Shown: positions 49,417 to 60,038 of the stretch, in pieces
Numbering within the stretch: the stretch's first letter is position 1
Layout of the letters: every line of letters begins with the position of its first letter
Source: Chloroflexota bacterium
GTDB taxonomy: Bacteria > Chloroflexota > UBA11872 > VXOZ01
NCBI GenBank assembly: GCA_964291655.2
Contig: OZ219802.1
Coordinates: forward strand, 2,368,001 to 2,432,000
DNA: 64,000 bases
Direction of reading: 5' to 3'
Made by a program: the position numbers and the translations under genes
Notes under the pieces: model-generated
Databases searched by the model: none
What the model was told of the DNA's origin: nothing
Seen by the model: the letters and a program-made list of their open reading frames with translations, nothing else

Positions 49417-49923
49417 ATGGCAACAGTGACGATCACGGATATCAAGTCGCTGCGCGAGGAAACCGGCGCGGGCATAATGGACTGCAAGCGAGCTCTGGAG
49501 GAAGCGAACGGGGACCATCAAGCGGCGAAGAAGCTTCTGGATGCGCAAGGATTGGCAAAAGCGGAGAAACGCGCCGGCAAAGAGGCTTCGCAGGGCTTAG
49601 TGCACTCGTATATCCACGGCAACGGACGGGTTGGCGTCCTCGTGGAAGTAAATTGCGAAACGGACTTTGTGGCGCGCACGGAAGAGTTTCAGAACCTCGT
49701 ACACGAGATTGCCTTGCACATTGCCGGCATGAGCCCGGAGTTTGTGAGCGAGGAAGAATTGCCCGAGGGATATGATGGCAATTCCGAAGAGACCGTGCTG
49801 CTGGCGCAGCCATTCGTACGCGACCCGTCGCTCACTGTTGCAGATCTCGTCACGCAGACCATTGCAAAGACCGGTGAGAATGTTGTCATTCGGCGCTTCT
49901 GCCGCTACGAACGCGGCATTTAG
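49417..49923 (+). CDS. tsf: Elongation factor Ts (short form)
   Basis: [26 protein letters not shown]. Confidence 0.97.
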   Translation: MATVTITDIKSLREETGAGIMDCKRALEEANGDHQAAKKLLDAQGLAKAEKRAGKEASQGLVHSYIHGNGRVGVLVEVNCETDFVARTEEFQNLVHEIALHIAGMSPEFVSEEELPEGYDGNSEETVLLAQPFVRDPSLTVADLVTQTIAKTGENVVIRRFCRYERGI

Positions 49924-49997
49924 AGAGCACGCGATGGACGCGTGCTCTTTTAGCATGTTGCGCTGGCGATCCGGCGCTGCACGAGCAGAGAGGTCCC

Positions 49998-50744
49998 ATG
50001 GCAATGCTACGCTATAAGCGCGTGCTGCTTAAGATTGGCGGCGAGGCGCTTATGGGGAAGGGCAAGGGCGAGTATGGCATAGATCTTGCTATCGCGCGCA
50101 ATATCGCCAAGCAGATCGCTTCCGCCCGCCGCTTAGGAGTACAGATAGGGGTCGTTATCGGCGGCGGCAATATCTGGCGGGGCGAGTTGGCAGCCGACCA
50201 GGGCATGGATCGTGCCACTGCCGATTATATGGGCATGCTGGCCACAGTCATCAATGCGTTGGCTCTGCAGGATGCGCTCTCGCGGGAAGGCCTGGACGCC
50301 CGTGTGCAGACGGCAATTGAGATGCGAGAAGTTGCCGAACCGTACATTCGCGCGCGTGCCATTGACCATCTGGAGCAGAACAGGGTTGTCGTCTTCAGCG
50401 CCGGTACGGGCAACCCCTTCTTCACGACCGATACGGCCGGCGCCCTGCGTGCCATGGAGATAAACGCAGAAATTCTCATAAAGGCCACGAAGGTTGACGG
50501 CGCCTTTGAGAGCGACCCAATTGAGAATCCGCATGCCAGGAAGTTTGACTACCTAACGTACCTCGACGCCCTCAACATGGGCCTAAAGGTGATGGATAGT
50601 ACCGCAATCTCGCTCTGCATGGAAAACAGCCTTCCCATAGCGGTCTTCAAGCTGGAACACTCCGGTGCCTTGGAGCGGTTGCTGCAGGGGGAACCGGTTG
50701 GGACCCTGATAGGAGATAGGGACGATGCTGGAGCCGATTCTTGA
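49998..50744 (+). CDS. pyrH: Uridylate kinase
   Basis: [25 protein letters not shown]. Confidence 0.97.
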   Translation: MAMLRYKRVLLKIGGEALMGKGKGEYGIDLAIARNIAKQIASARRLGVQIGVVIGGGNIWRGELAADQGMDRATADYMGMLATVINALALQDALSREGLDARVQTAIEMREVAEPYIRARAIDHLEQNRVVVFSAGTGNPFFTTDTAGALRAMEINAEILIKATKVDGAFESDPIENPHARKFDYLTYLDALNMGLKVMDSTAISLCMENSLPIAVFKLEHSGALERLLQGEPVGTLIGDRDDAGADS

Positions 50745-51282
50745 GGAAACGGAAATCGCTATGGGCCTCGCGACAGAGGCGTTGCAGCGTGATGTCGCCC
50801 GCATTCGCACGGGAAGAGCCTCCACGGCTCTTGTGGAAGAGATCGCAGTGGAGTACTACGGTACGGAACTGCCTCTCAATCAAGTAGCCACAATCATCGT
50901 GCCGGAGCCGCGGCTCATCGTCATTCAGCCGTGGGACAAGCAGTCGATTCCTGCCATCGAGCGGGCGATTCTAAAGTCGGAACTCGGTATCACTCCTTCG
51001 AACGACGGCACGGTCATCCGCATTGCCCTACCCCAGCCCACGGCGGAACGCCGCCAGGAGCTTGCCAAGATGGTCCGGCAGCGGGCAGAAGAAGCCCGTG
51101 TTGCCATTCGCAATAGCCGGCGTTCGGCGCAGGACGAGCTGCGCAAGCAGCAGAAGAATAGCAGCGTCTCCGAGGATGACATCCGCCGCGCCCAGGGCGA
51201 CCTGCAAAAGCTCACCGATACAGAGATCGAGCGCGTCGACAAAGTTCTTGCCGATAAAGAGCAGGAGATTCTGACCATCTAG
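50725..51282 (+). CDS. frr: Ribosome recycling factor
   Basis: IRTGRAS, IQPWDK, RVAIRN. Confidence 0.97.
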   Translation: MLEPILEETEIAMGLATEALQRDVARIRTGRASTALVEEIAVEYYGTELPLNQVATIIVPEPRLIVIQPWDKQSIPAIERAILKSELGITPSNDGTVIRIALPQPTAERRQELAKMVRQRAEEARVAIRNSRRSAQDELRKQQKNSSVSEDDIRRAQGDLQKLTDTEIERVDKVLADKEQEILTI

Positions 51283-51284
51283 CG

Positions 51285-52121
51285 ATGGAGCCTACGTCAC
51301 CAAAAGCCCTTAAGCCTGCACCTGAAGAGGCGGAAGCGTTTCCTCCTCTCACGGTTTTACCCGTCCACGTCGGCATCGTGATGGACGGCAACGGTCGTTG
51401 GGCAGCACAGCGGGGTCTCGCGCGCTTGGAAGGGCATCGCGCCGGAGCGCGCTGTGTCCGTGAAGTTGCTGAGGCGGCGGTGGATTTTGGTGTCAGAGTC
51501 CTCACGCTCTATGCCTTCTCAACAGAAAACTGGTCGCGCCCCGAGGACGAAGTCAGCGGTCTCATGACGCTGCTGGAGGAGACGATCGAGCGCGAACAAG
51601 GCGCGATTGTCGAGAACCAGATACAGGTGCGCTCCATCGGGCGGCGGGATGCCGTGCCCTCAACATTGCAGGTGGCAATCGACCAGCTTGAGAATGCAAC
51701 ACGCGACAACAACCGCCTTACGATAAACTTTGCCTTCAATTATGGTGGACGCAGTGAAATCGTAGATGCCGTGCGGGAGATCGTTGCAGCAGGCGTGCCT
51801 GCATCGCACATCTCGGAAGAGACGATTGGTCAGCACCTGTATACGCGCAATCTGCCCGATCCCGATCTCGTGATTCGCACGGCGGGCGAAATGCGGCTTT
51901 CCAACTTCCTGCTTTGGCAAGCTGCCTACGCCGAATACTATGCCGCGCAGGTCTACTGGCCGGACTTTGGGCGCAAAGAGTTCTACGCCGCGCTCGCAAA
52001 CTACAGCCATCGAGAGCGCAAGTTCGGCGGCCTGGCGAATAGCGACGGCCTTGCCGGCAGTGACGACCTCACTGGCAGCGGCGGTCTTGCCAACAGCCGG
52101 AATGGCAAAGCGAAACGGTAG
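51285..52121 (+). CDS. uppS: Undecaprenyl diphosphate synthase
   Basis: MDGNGRWA, AFSTENW, RLSNFLLWQ. Confidence 0.96.
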   Translation: MEPTSPKALKPAPEEAEAFPPLTVLPVHVGIVMDGNGRWAAQRGLARLEGHRAGARCVREVAEAAVDFGVRVLTLYAFSTENWSRPEDEVSGLMTLLEETIEREQGAIVENQIQVRSIGRRDAVPSTLQVAIDQLENATRDNNRLTINFAFNYGGRSEIVDAVREIVAAGVPASHISEETIGQHLYTRNLPDPDLVIRTAGEMRLSNFLLWQAAYAEYYAAQVYWPDFGRKEFYAALANYSHRERKFGGLANSDGLAGSDDLTGSGGLANSRNGKAKR

Positions 52122-53010
52122 GCGCGGCCAGTCGGGCCGCGATACAACACGTACGCGCTGGCAGGAGCTTGCGGCGCGTGCGCTCTCTGCGATCGTCTAT
52201 GCGCCGCTTCTGCTCGCGTTAGCCTACTTCGGCAATCCCTGGCTGCTCATCGGCATGCTGGCTCTTGGCGGCCTTGCCCTTTGGGAGTATATCCATCTCG
52301 TACGCACGATGGGGCTTGCCACGCAGCGCGTCACGGCCGGTGCGCTGGCCCTCGGTTTCTTCCTGTGGCCCTACAGCCTAATCTGGGCGGGATACGCCGA
52401 GCTCGTAATTCTACCGCCGCTCTTCTTCACGTTAATTGTGCTCTGCTCGCTATGGGCATTGCTGCTTCCCCGGGCTCAAGGTCATACACAGGTCTTTACG
52501 GGCTGGGCCATGGCGGTCGCCGGAGCGATGTACATTGGCTGGCTGCTCGGCCACACCGTGGCGCTCCGCGACTACATCTACGTACGAGGCGAGCTGTGGC
52601 TCATCTTTGCCCTTGTCGTTACGTGGGCTTATGACACGGGGGCGTATCTTGTAGGCCGAGGCATTGGCAAACGCCGCATCTTCCAGCACTTGAGCGCCGG
52701 TAAGACGCTGGAGGGTACGCTTGGCGGAGCGTTCGTCGCCGTGATGGTCGCGGCGCTCTATGCCCAATTCACCCCATTCCCACTTAGCCCCATTTTGGCG
52801 GGCCTCATTGGTCTCGGCGCCGCGGTGGTGGCGCAACTCGGTGACCTGGTGGAATCTCTGCTCAAGCGCGGGGCGGAAGTGAAAGAATCCGGCACACTCA
52901 TCCCCGGCCACGGCGGCGTCCTGGACCGCATCGACAGCCTGCTCTTTACCGGTCCCTACATGTTCTACGCGGCCCTGATATGGGCCAGCCTGCAACTCGG
53001 GGCGCAGTAG
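52102..53010 (+). CDS. cdsA: Phosphatidate cytidylyltransferase
   Basis: DTGAY, KTLEG, GDLVES..KR, PGHGGVLDRIDS. Confidence 0.95.
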   Translation: MAKRNGRRGQSGRDTTRTRWQELAARALSAIVYAPLLLALAYFGNPWLLIGMLALGGLALWEYIHLVRTMGLATQRVTAGALALGFFLWPYSLIWAGYAELVILPPLFFTLIVLCSLWALLLPRAQGHTQVFTGWAMAVAGAMYIGWLLGHTVALRDYIYVRGELWLIFALVVTWAYDTGAYLVGRGIGKRRIFQHLSAGKTLEGTLGGAFVAVMVAALYAQFTPFPLSPILAGLIGLGAAVVAQLGDLVESLLKRGAEVKESGTLIPGHGGVLDRIDSLLFTGPYMFYAALIWASLQLGAQ

Positions 53011-53095
53011 ACGCATAGGCCTGCAGGCCGTACGTCCACTGGGCTACTTGATTCCTCCGACAGGCTCAGCGCGAACGTAAGTGACACGCCCCAGC

Positions 53096-53926
53096 CTACT
53101 CCCCAACCGCCATTTCCACTACAGGTCGTCCGTCTTCTTCCACCCACACGCCGCAGGGGCCGCCCCGCTCGCTATTGCCGAGGTCTACAACGCTGCCGTC
53201 CATGCGCAACACCGGATGGTAGTATTTTGATACCTTTTCGGCGCTGCCCATGATGTAGTGGCCGATAAGGGAACGGCGAAAACGGTCGGCAGTCGTATTC
53301 GGAAAGCTGCCGTGGATGAGCTGGCCGTTGAAGAAAAGCACGTCGCCGGCATCCATCAAGACAGGAACGGTCTGCACCTGATCCGGCAACGGCACCGTGA
53401 CGTCCGTAAAGCTCTGGGCGGTGTCCGCCTCTTCCGTGCACAGTTCCGGCAGCGTGTGACTACCGGGCACCACCTGCAAGCAGCCGTTTGCCTCATCGCA
53501 ATCATCGAGGGCGAGCCAAGCGGCCATGCACGTGCCGGGTTCCACCTGCAAGTAGAACTGGTCCTGATGCACCGCCTGTCCCCGCGCGCCCGGCGGCTTG
53601 AAGTAGATCATGGTCTGCACCGCAAATGGATCCCCACCCAGGAGCGTCGCCAGACCCTCCCTGAAACGCGGGTCCAACATCCACTGCAGGCTCAGGTCGT
53701 CCCAGCGGTGCATGTGGATCATGCGGGGAAACTGCTTTAAGGGGTCCGCCGCAGCGTCTCCGTTCGGCGCTGCCACGCCGGCAGAGTCGCCTCTATAGGT
53801 GCCGTTCTGCCGCAAGTACATGTAGTGATCGGTGAGCGCCGCTACCTCGTCCGGTGGAAATAGCCCTCGCGCTATTGTATAGCCGTTCTGCTCAAAGTCA
53901 TCTCTGAATGCTTTCTCGAACATCAT
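53096..53926 (-). CDS. Phytanoyl-CoA dioxygenase family protein
   Basis: HQD, WLALDD..NGCL.VVPGSH, IHGS. Confidence 0.9.
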   Translation of the reverse strand: MMFEKAFRDDFEQNGYTIARGLFPPDEVAALTDHYMYLRQNGTYRGDSAGVAAPNGDAAADPLKQFPRMIHMHRWDDLSLQWMLDPRFREGLATLLGGDPFAVQTMIYFKPPGARGQAVHQDQFYLQVEPGTCMAAWLALDDCDEANGCLQVVPGSHTLPELCTEEADTAQSFTDVTVPLPDQVQTVPVLMDAGDVLFFNGQLIHGSFPNTTADRFRRSLIGHYIMGSAEKVSKYYHPVLRMDGSVVDLGNSERGGPCGVWVEEDGRPVVEMAVGE

Positions 53927-54213
53927 GACGTCCTTCTAATCGTTGCTCAGGCTTCTTACCGCTGAAGATTCCCTGCTGCCGGCAGCCTCAACCGTGGAGG
54001 AACCGACAAGCAGACCGCGCTTTGCCAGGAGTTTACCTGTCAAGAGCGTGCAAACACCTTGACCACAGTGTACAGCGATTGCGCTGAGACTTTCAAAGCC
54101 GTCGTGAACGATCGGCGAGAGAATTGCCCCGCTGCATGCAACCCAAAGACGACGTACAATGGTACGCAAGGACTCAGTGTGGCGTGATGAAACCGCATGG
54201 GAGCACGTAGCCG

Positions 54214-55413
54214 ATGGTAAGACAACCGACAGAATTCCGCCTGGTTTGGGGAGACCTGCACATTCATTCCTATTTCTCGTCGTGCTATTGGGGTGAAGAG
54301 ACGCTTCCCGACGGCTTTGACGGCTCGCCCGCCGATTGTTACCGCTACGCCCGTGACGTGGCGGGCATGGACTTCGGCGCGGTGACCGATCATACGTGGT
54401 CGGGCAACGGCCGAATGCTGGTGGAAGACGAGTGGTCGGAAATTCTGGCTGCCAACCACCAGTACCACGAGCCGGGCCGCTTCGTAACTGTTCCCGGGTA
54501 TGAATGGAACGCGCCCGGGGATCGGCAATGGGGCCACCGCAATACGTTCTTCGACCATGACGAGCCCCCCATCCTGCGCAGCGGTGCGGAAGTAACGCAG
54601 CTCGCTCAGCTTTGGCAGCAGCTTGACGATTTGCCGTACGACTCCATCAGCATCCCACACCATCTCGCGCGTGACGCTACACCCTATGACTGGTCGCAGC
54701 ACCATGCGCACTGGGAACCGGTGGTGGAGATCACCTCGCTCTGGGGCAACTACGAGTATCAGGGCAATCCCCATGAGTGCGATCCTAACTGGTCGCCGAG
54801 CGCTACCGGCAGCTTTCTCCAGGATGGATTGGCCAAAGCAAGCCGCGTAGGCGTCATCGGCGGTGGCGATAACCACACCGGCCATGCTGGAGGACACTAT
54901 TTCAATTCGCAGCAACCAAACGCGGCGAACTCCAAGCGCCTGGCGCGCCTCAGCCAACTGCGCATGAACGCTCTGGGCACCGGTATCGGCGGACTCTATG
55001 TAAAGGAATTCTCGCGAGAAGGCATCTTCGAGGCACTGCGCGCCCGGCGCTGCATCGCGGCCTCCGGCCGCAAAATCGGGCTATGGACAGAGACGAACGG
55101 CTTGCCGATGGGCGCGGAAGGGCCCGCCCTCGACGAAAGCCCCCGCACCGTCGCCTTCAGCGTCTCCGGCAGCGAGCGCATCCGGTCTGTCACCTTAGTC
55201 CGCAACGGCGTGGACGTGAAACGCTTCCACGCCGACGACTACTACCACGAAGGCACTTTGGAAGATTCCGATCCGCTCGAAAAGGTGCAGAAGGTATCCC
55301 CCAGTGTCCGCAATGGCGACGGCGAGGATTGGACCTACTACTACGTGCGCGCGGTGCAAGAGGACGGCCGCACAGCCTGGTCGAGCCCGGTCTGGTTTCC
55401 GGTTAGTGGCTGA
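54214..55413 (+). CDS. PHP-like metallohydrolase (DUF3604/CehA-McbA-like)
   Basis: WGDLHIHS, VTDH, GYEW, PHH, DNH, AWSSPVW. Confidence 0.8.
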   Translation: MVRQPTEFRLVWGDLHIHSYFSSCYWGEETLPDGFDGSPADCYRYARDVAGMDFGAVTDHTWSGNGRMLVEDEWSEILAANHQYHEPGRFVTVPGYEWNAPGDRQWGHRNTFFDHDEPPILRSGAEVTQLAQLWQQLDDLPYDSISIPHHLARDATPYDWSQHHAHWEPVVEITSLWGNYEYQGNPHECDPNWSPSATGSFLQDGLAKASRVGVIGGGDNHTGHAGGHYFNSQQPNAANSKRLARLSQLRMNALGTGIGGLYVKEFSREGIFEALRARRCIAASGRKIGLWTETNGLPMGAEGPALDESPRTVAFSVSGSERIRSVTLVRNGVDVKRFHADDYYHEGTLEDSDPLEKVQKVSPSVRNGDGEDWTYYYVRAVQEDGRTAWSSPVWFPVSG

Positions 55414-55717
55414 ATGATGCATTGAGCCTGTGTCCTGAGCCGTGCCTCGACCCTTCGACAAGCTCCGGACAGGTACGCTCAGCAAGCACGGAACAGGAAC
55501 GGGGCCCGCATGCAGCCTCTAAGGGATTGCGTTCCTCTGAACCTGGACGGATTAGCAAACAAGCGTTCCTCTTGCCTGGGCCGGTCAGGTTGTTGCAGAG
55601 AGTCTCGCAGCGTAAAATGCAGGTAACCCGTGAAGGCCGCAGTTAGCCATGAAGTGTAACGGCTGCCTTGCCCGACTACTGTTCGTCCCAGCCTCTTGTT
55701 AAGTAGGGGAACGCTCT

Positions 55718-56464
55718 ATGGCCGATCCCAAAACTGAATCCCAATCCGACGAACCGGAGTCCACAGTTCCATCAGTGTTCTCGCCGGTGCGCAGCTTGGT
55801 CATGCCGGCGCTGGAACTTCCCGACCACTTCGCATACAACACCAGACTGCAGATGGATGGCTTGGAGTTTCTGGCCCACCTGCCGGAAGGCAAGTTTCCC
55901 GTCGCCTTTCTCGATCCTCAGTACCGCGGCCTGTTGGACAAGATGTCGTACGGCAATGAGGGTCGCAGCAGAAACCGAGGACGTTCCGCGCTCACGCAAA
56001 TGGATGCAGATAAAATCGCCGCCTTCGTTCGTGGCATCGACCGCGCCCTCATGCCCAGCGGGCACTTGTTCCTGTGGATGGATAAGTTCCACCTCTGCAC
56101 GGGATTTTCCCACTGGCTTGCGGAGACGAAACTTGCAGTGGTGGATCTCGTTACGTGGGATAAAGGCCGCATCGGCATGGGCTACCGCACGCGTCGCAAG
56201 AGCGAACACGTGGTTGTCCTGCAAAAGACGCCGCGCCGGGCCAAGGGCGTCTGGAAGATACACAACATCCCGGACGTGTGGGATGAGACGGTACCGCGTG
56301 ATGCAGAGACCCACCGCAAGCCGGTTGAGTTGCAGGGGGCGCTCCTGGCAGCGGTGACTAATCCGGGTGACGTGGTGATTGATCCGGCAGCGGGCAGCTT
56401 TTCCGTGCTGGAGGCCTGCCGCGAGCGCAATCGTGTCTTCCTCGGTTGCGATATTGAAGGCTGA
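55718..56464 (+). CDS. Orphan beta-class N6-A/N4-C DNA methyltransferase
   Basis: Catalytic DPQY precedes HRKP and the SAM-binding DPAAGS. Confidence 0.85.
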   Translation: MADPKTESQSDEPESTVPSVFSPVRSLVMPALELPDHFAYNTRLQMDGLEFLAHLPEGKFPVAFLDPQYRGLLDKMSYGNEGRSRNRGRSALTQMDADKIAAFVRGIDRALMPSGHLFLWMDKFHLCTGFSHWLAETKLAVVDLVTWDKGRIGMGYRTRRKSEHVVVLQKTPRRAKGVWKIHNIPDVWDETVPRDAETHRKPVELQGALLAAVTNPGDVVIDPAAGSFSVLEACRERNRVFLGCDIEG

Positions 56465-56542
56465 AGGATATCAAGCGCGAAGCACGGGCTAGAGCGTTGT
56501 GGTCCGGACTTTGACACGTGCAAAACATAGAGGCGAGAGATA

Positions 56543-57574
56543 ATGAATTCAGAACTGATCCGCGTAGGCATCATTGGTGCGGGCGCGAACACGCGGGGTA
56601 AACACATTCCCGGCCTGCAGGCAATCAAGGGCGTGGAGATCGTCAGCGTGTGCAACCGCAGCCCTGAATCGAGCGTGCGGGCCGCCGAGCAGTTTGGCAT
56701 TCCCACGACGTACGACAACTGGAGCGAATTGGTTGACGCTCCGGACACCAACGCTATCGTCATTGGTACGTGGCCGTATCTCCACTGCCAGGCGACCCTG
56801 GCGGCGCTGGCCGCAGGCAAGCACGTGCTCTGCGAAGCGCGGATGGCCATGAATGCCGACGAAGCCTGGGAGATGTCCGCCGCGGCGCAGGCCAATCCGC
56901 ACCTCGTCGTGCAGATCGTGCCGTCGCCCATGACACTGCGGGTGGACGCGACGCTGAAACGCCTGCTCGCTGAAGGCTACCTCGGCGATCTGCTCGCCAT
57001 CGAGGTGCGCGTGGGCGGCGAGTTTCTGGATGCCGACGCACCATTGCATTGGCGGCAGGACTTTGACCTGAGCGGCTTCAACATCATGAGCATGGGTATC
57101 TGGTACGAGGCCGTCTTGCGCTGGGTTGGCGAAGCCACCCGCGTGCAGGCCATGGGCAAGACCTTTGCGACGATGCGTGCGGACGAAACGGGCAATCTGC
57201 GCGCGGTGCGAGTACCGGAGCACGTTGACGTGGTTGCCGATATGGCCTGCGGCGCGCAACTGCACATGCAGGTCTCCAGCGTAACCGGCTTGGCTGGCGC
57301 ACCGGAAGCCTTTCTCTTTGGGAGCGAGGGCACGCTGCGGTTCGCAGACAATAAGCTCTTCGGCGGCAAGCGCGGCGATACTGGCTTGGATGAAATCCCC
57401 ATTCCGGAGGACGAGGCTGGCGGTTGGCGCGTGGAGGAAGAATTCGTCAATGCCATTCGGGGTGAGGAAGCAATTACTCACACCACTCCTCAGGCCGGTG
57501 TGAAGTACATGGAGTTTACCGAAGCCGTCACCCGCAGCATGCAGACCGGACAGGCGATAGGCCTGCCGCTGTAG
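56543..57574 (+). CDS. Gfo/Idh/MocA family oxidoreductase
   Basis: GIIGAG, GKHVLCEAR. Confidence 0.9.
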   Translation: MNSELIRVGIIGAGANTRGKHIPGLQAIKGVEIVSVCNRSPESSVRAAEQFGIPTTYDNWSELVDAPDTNAIVIGTWPYLHCQATLAALAAGKHVLCEARMAMNADEAWEMSAAAQANPHLVVQIVPSPMTLRVDATLKRLLAEGYLGDLLAIEVRVGGEFLDADAPLHWRQDFDLSGFNIMSMGIWYEAVLRWVGEATRVQAMGKTFATMRADETGNLRAVRVPEHVDVVADMACGAQLHMQVSSVTGLAGAPEAFLFGSEGTLRFADNKLFGGKRGDTGLDEIPIPEDEAGGWRVEEEFVNAIRGEEAITHTTPQAGVKYMEFTEAVTRSMQTGQAIGLPL

Positions 57575-57636
57575 AGTTTTGGTATGCTCGTTTCTGTAGC
57601 GCACTGACGTCTGACGTCCGCTCGTCAATGATCACT

Positions 57637-57866
57637 CCGTTCGCCCTGAGCTTGTCGAAGGGTGAACGGAAAGGACACTCTAGTCTCTTCCCGGTGACGT
57701 AGCTTTACCTCCGCCGTTCATATTTTGACAGGGGCTTCGCGCAGCCATCAGCACGAACGGCTGATTTCGGTTCGCAACCTGTAGCGCGGGGGCTTGTCCC
57801 CCGCATCTTGAGAAGCTGAGGACCTAAAGCAAAGAGAGGATGGATTCCCGCTGTCGCGGGAATGAC
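57637..57866. repeat. Mixed REP cluster
   Basis: CCTGAGCTTGTCGAAGG, GTAGCGCGGGGGCTTGTCCCCCGC and TGGATTCCCGCTGTCGCGGGAATGAC. Confidence 0.78.
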
Positions 57867-57988
57867 GGACTCTGGAACTCCCTCCACGCTGGATAGCGGG
57901 GGTAAGTTCGGCCGCCTTTTGCATTTGCACCGGCCATGTTTTTCAGGCTGGCATGCCACACGCCAACCGGTCGAAAAAACTTGTGAAC

Positions 57989-58660
57989 CTACAGAATCCC
58001 GTGGCGCTCGAAGACCGTGCGCATCTTCTCCCCCGCGGCGAGTTCGGCGCGTACGGTGTTTTCGCCCTGCACTTTCTCCTCAGCCGGTTGTAGCACGGCT
58101 TCAATGTGCTGCTGGGGAATCACCACCACGCCATCGTAATCGGCCAGGATGTAGTCGCCAGGGTTCACCAGCACGCCGCCGCATGTGATCGGCACGTTGT
58201 GGGCGATGGCCTCAGCGCGGCCAGCGGCGTCGGCGGCACTAAACGCCGCGGCAAACACGGGATACGGCATGCCGATGATCTTGTCGGTATCCCGTACCGG
58301 CCCGTCGATCACCGCGCCGGTGGCCCCACGGGCCTGGGCGCAGGTGGAGAAGAGCTCGCCCCACAGTGCACACGACGGCGCGTCACCAAGCGTACCCAAG
58401 TACACTTCGCCCGGCAGCAAACTGTCCATGGCTTTGATTTCCATGTAGTGATACTCCTCCTGCGAGGGGATGCGCTCAGCCGGGCGAAAGTGAATGGGAT
58501 GAGCGCGGCCCACGATTCGTGCCTCGGCATAGAGCGGCCGCACGCGCGGCGCCATCACCTGGTGCCGCAGGCCGAGGGCATCAAGGGCATCCGAGACCAC
58601 GGCGACGTAGACGTGCTGCAGGCGATCCAGGTAAGGGTCCTGGGGAGAAGCGGCGGACAT
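57989..58660 (-). CDS. RraA-like / HMG aldolase family protein
   Basis: SDALD, WGEL, DGPVRD, VNPGD..ADYDGVV. Confidence 0.9.
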   Translation of the reverse strand: MSAASPQDPYLDRLQHVYVAVVSDALDALGLRHQVMAPRVRPLYAEARIVGRAHPIHFRPAERIPSQEEYHYMEIKAMDSLLPGEVYLGTLGDAPSCALWGELFSTCAQARGATGAVIDGPVRDTDKIIGMPYPVFAAAFSAADAAGRAEAIAHNVPITCGGVLVNPGDYILADYDGVVVIPQQHIEAVLQPAEEKVQGENTVRAELAAGEKMRTVFERHGIL

Positions 58661-58826
58661 AGCGCAATGCTCCTTTTAAATCAGAGTAGGTGCGAATTCT
58701 TACGCCTATCATAGCTTGCCCGGAATCCGGTCGTGCCAATCCCGCTTGTCTTGGGAAGCCAGGCAAGCTCAGCAAGAGCTTTGACTAATTCTCGAGGCAC
58801 GAATAGAGCAGTGGAACGAGACTCCC

Positions 58827-59816
58827 CTAGAGTGAAAGAGTCTCTCTTCTCCGCGCGGCTTCTCGAGCCATGAGCACCGCGCGGGTAGAGTCGATGGCAT
58901 CCTGGGCAGTTGCTATGATGGGCGCTTGACCGCGAATGCGCCGCACGAGGTCTTGGCCGCTGGAATCGGGACGGTTGCGGCCGAACTGCACGTGCACGCG
59001 CGGCTCCTCGTGCCGCCAGTAGAGCAGGTCGCTGAAGTGGAGGCTGCGCACTTCGGCAGCGCCCTCCGTGCCGGTGAGGAAGAAGCGGCAGTCCCAGGGC
59101 GTGTTGCGGGGCGTGAGCCAGTCGGCCTCGATAGTAGCGACGATGCCGGAATCCAGGGCAAACATGGCGTGCGCTACGTCGTTGAATCCCGGATACTCTT
59201 TCCAGCGGCGCTGTGCGTGATGGGCCGTCACAGATTCCACTGCCGCACCCGTGTACCAGCGCGCGAGGTCGATGTCGTGAATCATGAGGTCAACAATTGG
59301 CCCGCCTTCCTTGCTCTCGTCCAGCATCCACGGCTCGCGCTCTGCCAGAGCAAACTCGTGGGGACGCGTGGCGACGCAGCCGGCGATCTCGCCGAGGTAA
59401 CCGGCATCCACCAACTCCTTGAGCCGTACGAACGGTGGGGCAAAACGCTCGGTCACCATCATCTGCAGCTCGGACGTGCTTTTCTGCAGCGCCTGCTCCA
59501 CGCGGGTGAGGTCATCCAGTTCAATGACCATGGGCTTGTCGACGAGCACGTGGACGTTGCGCTCCAGACACGCCAATATGGCTCCGGCCTTTTCATGGTG
59601 CGCGTTGCAGATGGTGGCGAGGTCCGGCCGCAGCGCGTCGAGCATCTCGTCATGGTTGGAATAGATGGGCACGTCGTATTTCCGGGCAACTTCGGCACGC
59701 CGCTCCGGGTCGCTCTCGGCAATGCCGACAAGCTCCGTGTCTCCGGCGGCAAGGATTTCCTGAATTGACCCGGGTCCGTGTATGTGAATGCCAATGGCGG
59801 CAAAGCGCAGGCTCAT
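58827..59816 (-). CDS. Gfo/Idh/MocA family oxidoreductase
   Basis: HVLVDKP, GGPIVDLMIHDID. Confidence 0.9.
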   Translation of the reverse strand: MSLRFAAIGIHIHGPGSIQEILAAGDTELVGIAESDPERRAEVARKYDVPIYSNHDEMLDALRPDLATICNAHHEKAGAILACLERNVHVLVDKPMVIELDDLTRVEQALQKSTSELQMMVTERFAPPFVRLKELVDAGYLGEIAGCVATRPHEFALAEREPWMLDESKEGGPIVDLMIHDIDLARWYTGAAVESVTAHHAQRRWKEYPGFNDVAHAMFALDSGIVATIEADWLTPRNTPWDCRFFLTGTEGAAEVRSLHFSDLLYWRHEEPRVHVQFGRNRPDSSGQDLVRRIRGQAPIIATAQDAIDSTRAVLMAREAARRRETLSL

Positions 59817-59861
59817 TTCTTATCTCCAAGTCTGTTGCGTTCGCTGATAGACGCATCTAAG

Positions 59862-59957
59862 AGCGGGGGACAAGCCCCGCGCTACCGGGGGACAAGCCCC
59901 CACGCTACACGGAAATGCTCCGCTCTATTCGTCGTTCCCGCGAAAGCGGGAATCCAT
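59862..59957. repeat. REP cluster (two GTAG-type plus one CCCGCGAAAGCGGG-type)
   Basis: GGGGACAAGCCCC..GCTAC twice; TTCCCGCGAAAGCGGGAATCCA. Confidence 0.78.
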
Positions 59958-60038
59958 CTTCCCTTTAGCAGCACTGAAAGCACCCTTCGCGCCGGTGCAA
60001 TTCTGGCACATTAGCAACGGGGGTCGAAGCGGTTGTAA

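Noticed and set aside
49417-49923. Truncated tsf pseudogene
   Set aside because: Short EF-Ts forms are established in several phyla; the motifs and operon position are intact.
53010-53096. Absence of dxr/rseP after cdsA
   Set aside because: Operon breaks here are common and the genes may lie elsewhere in the genome.
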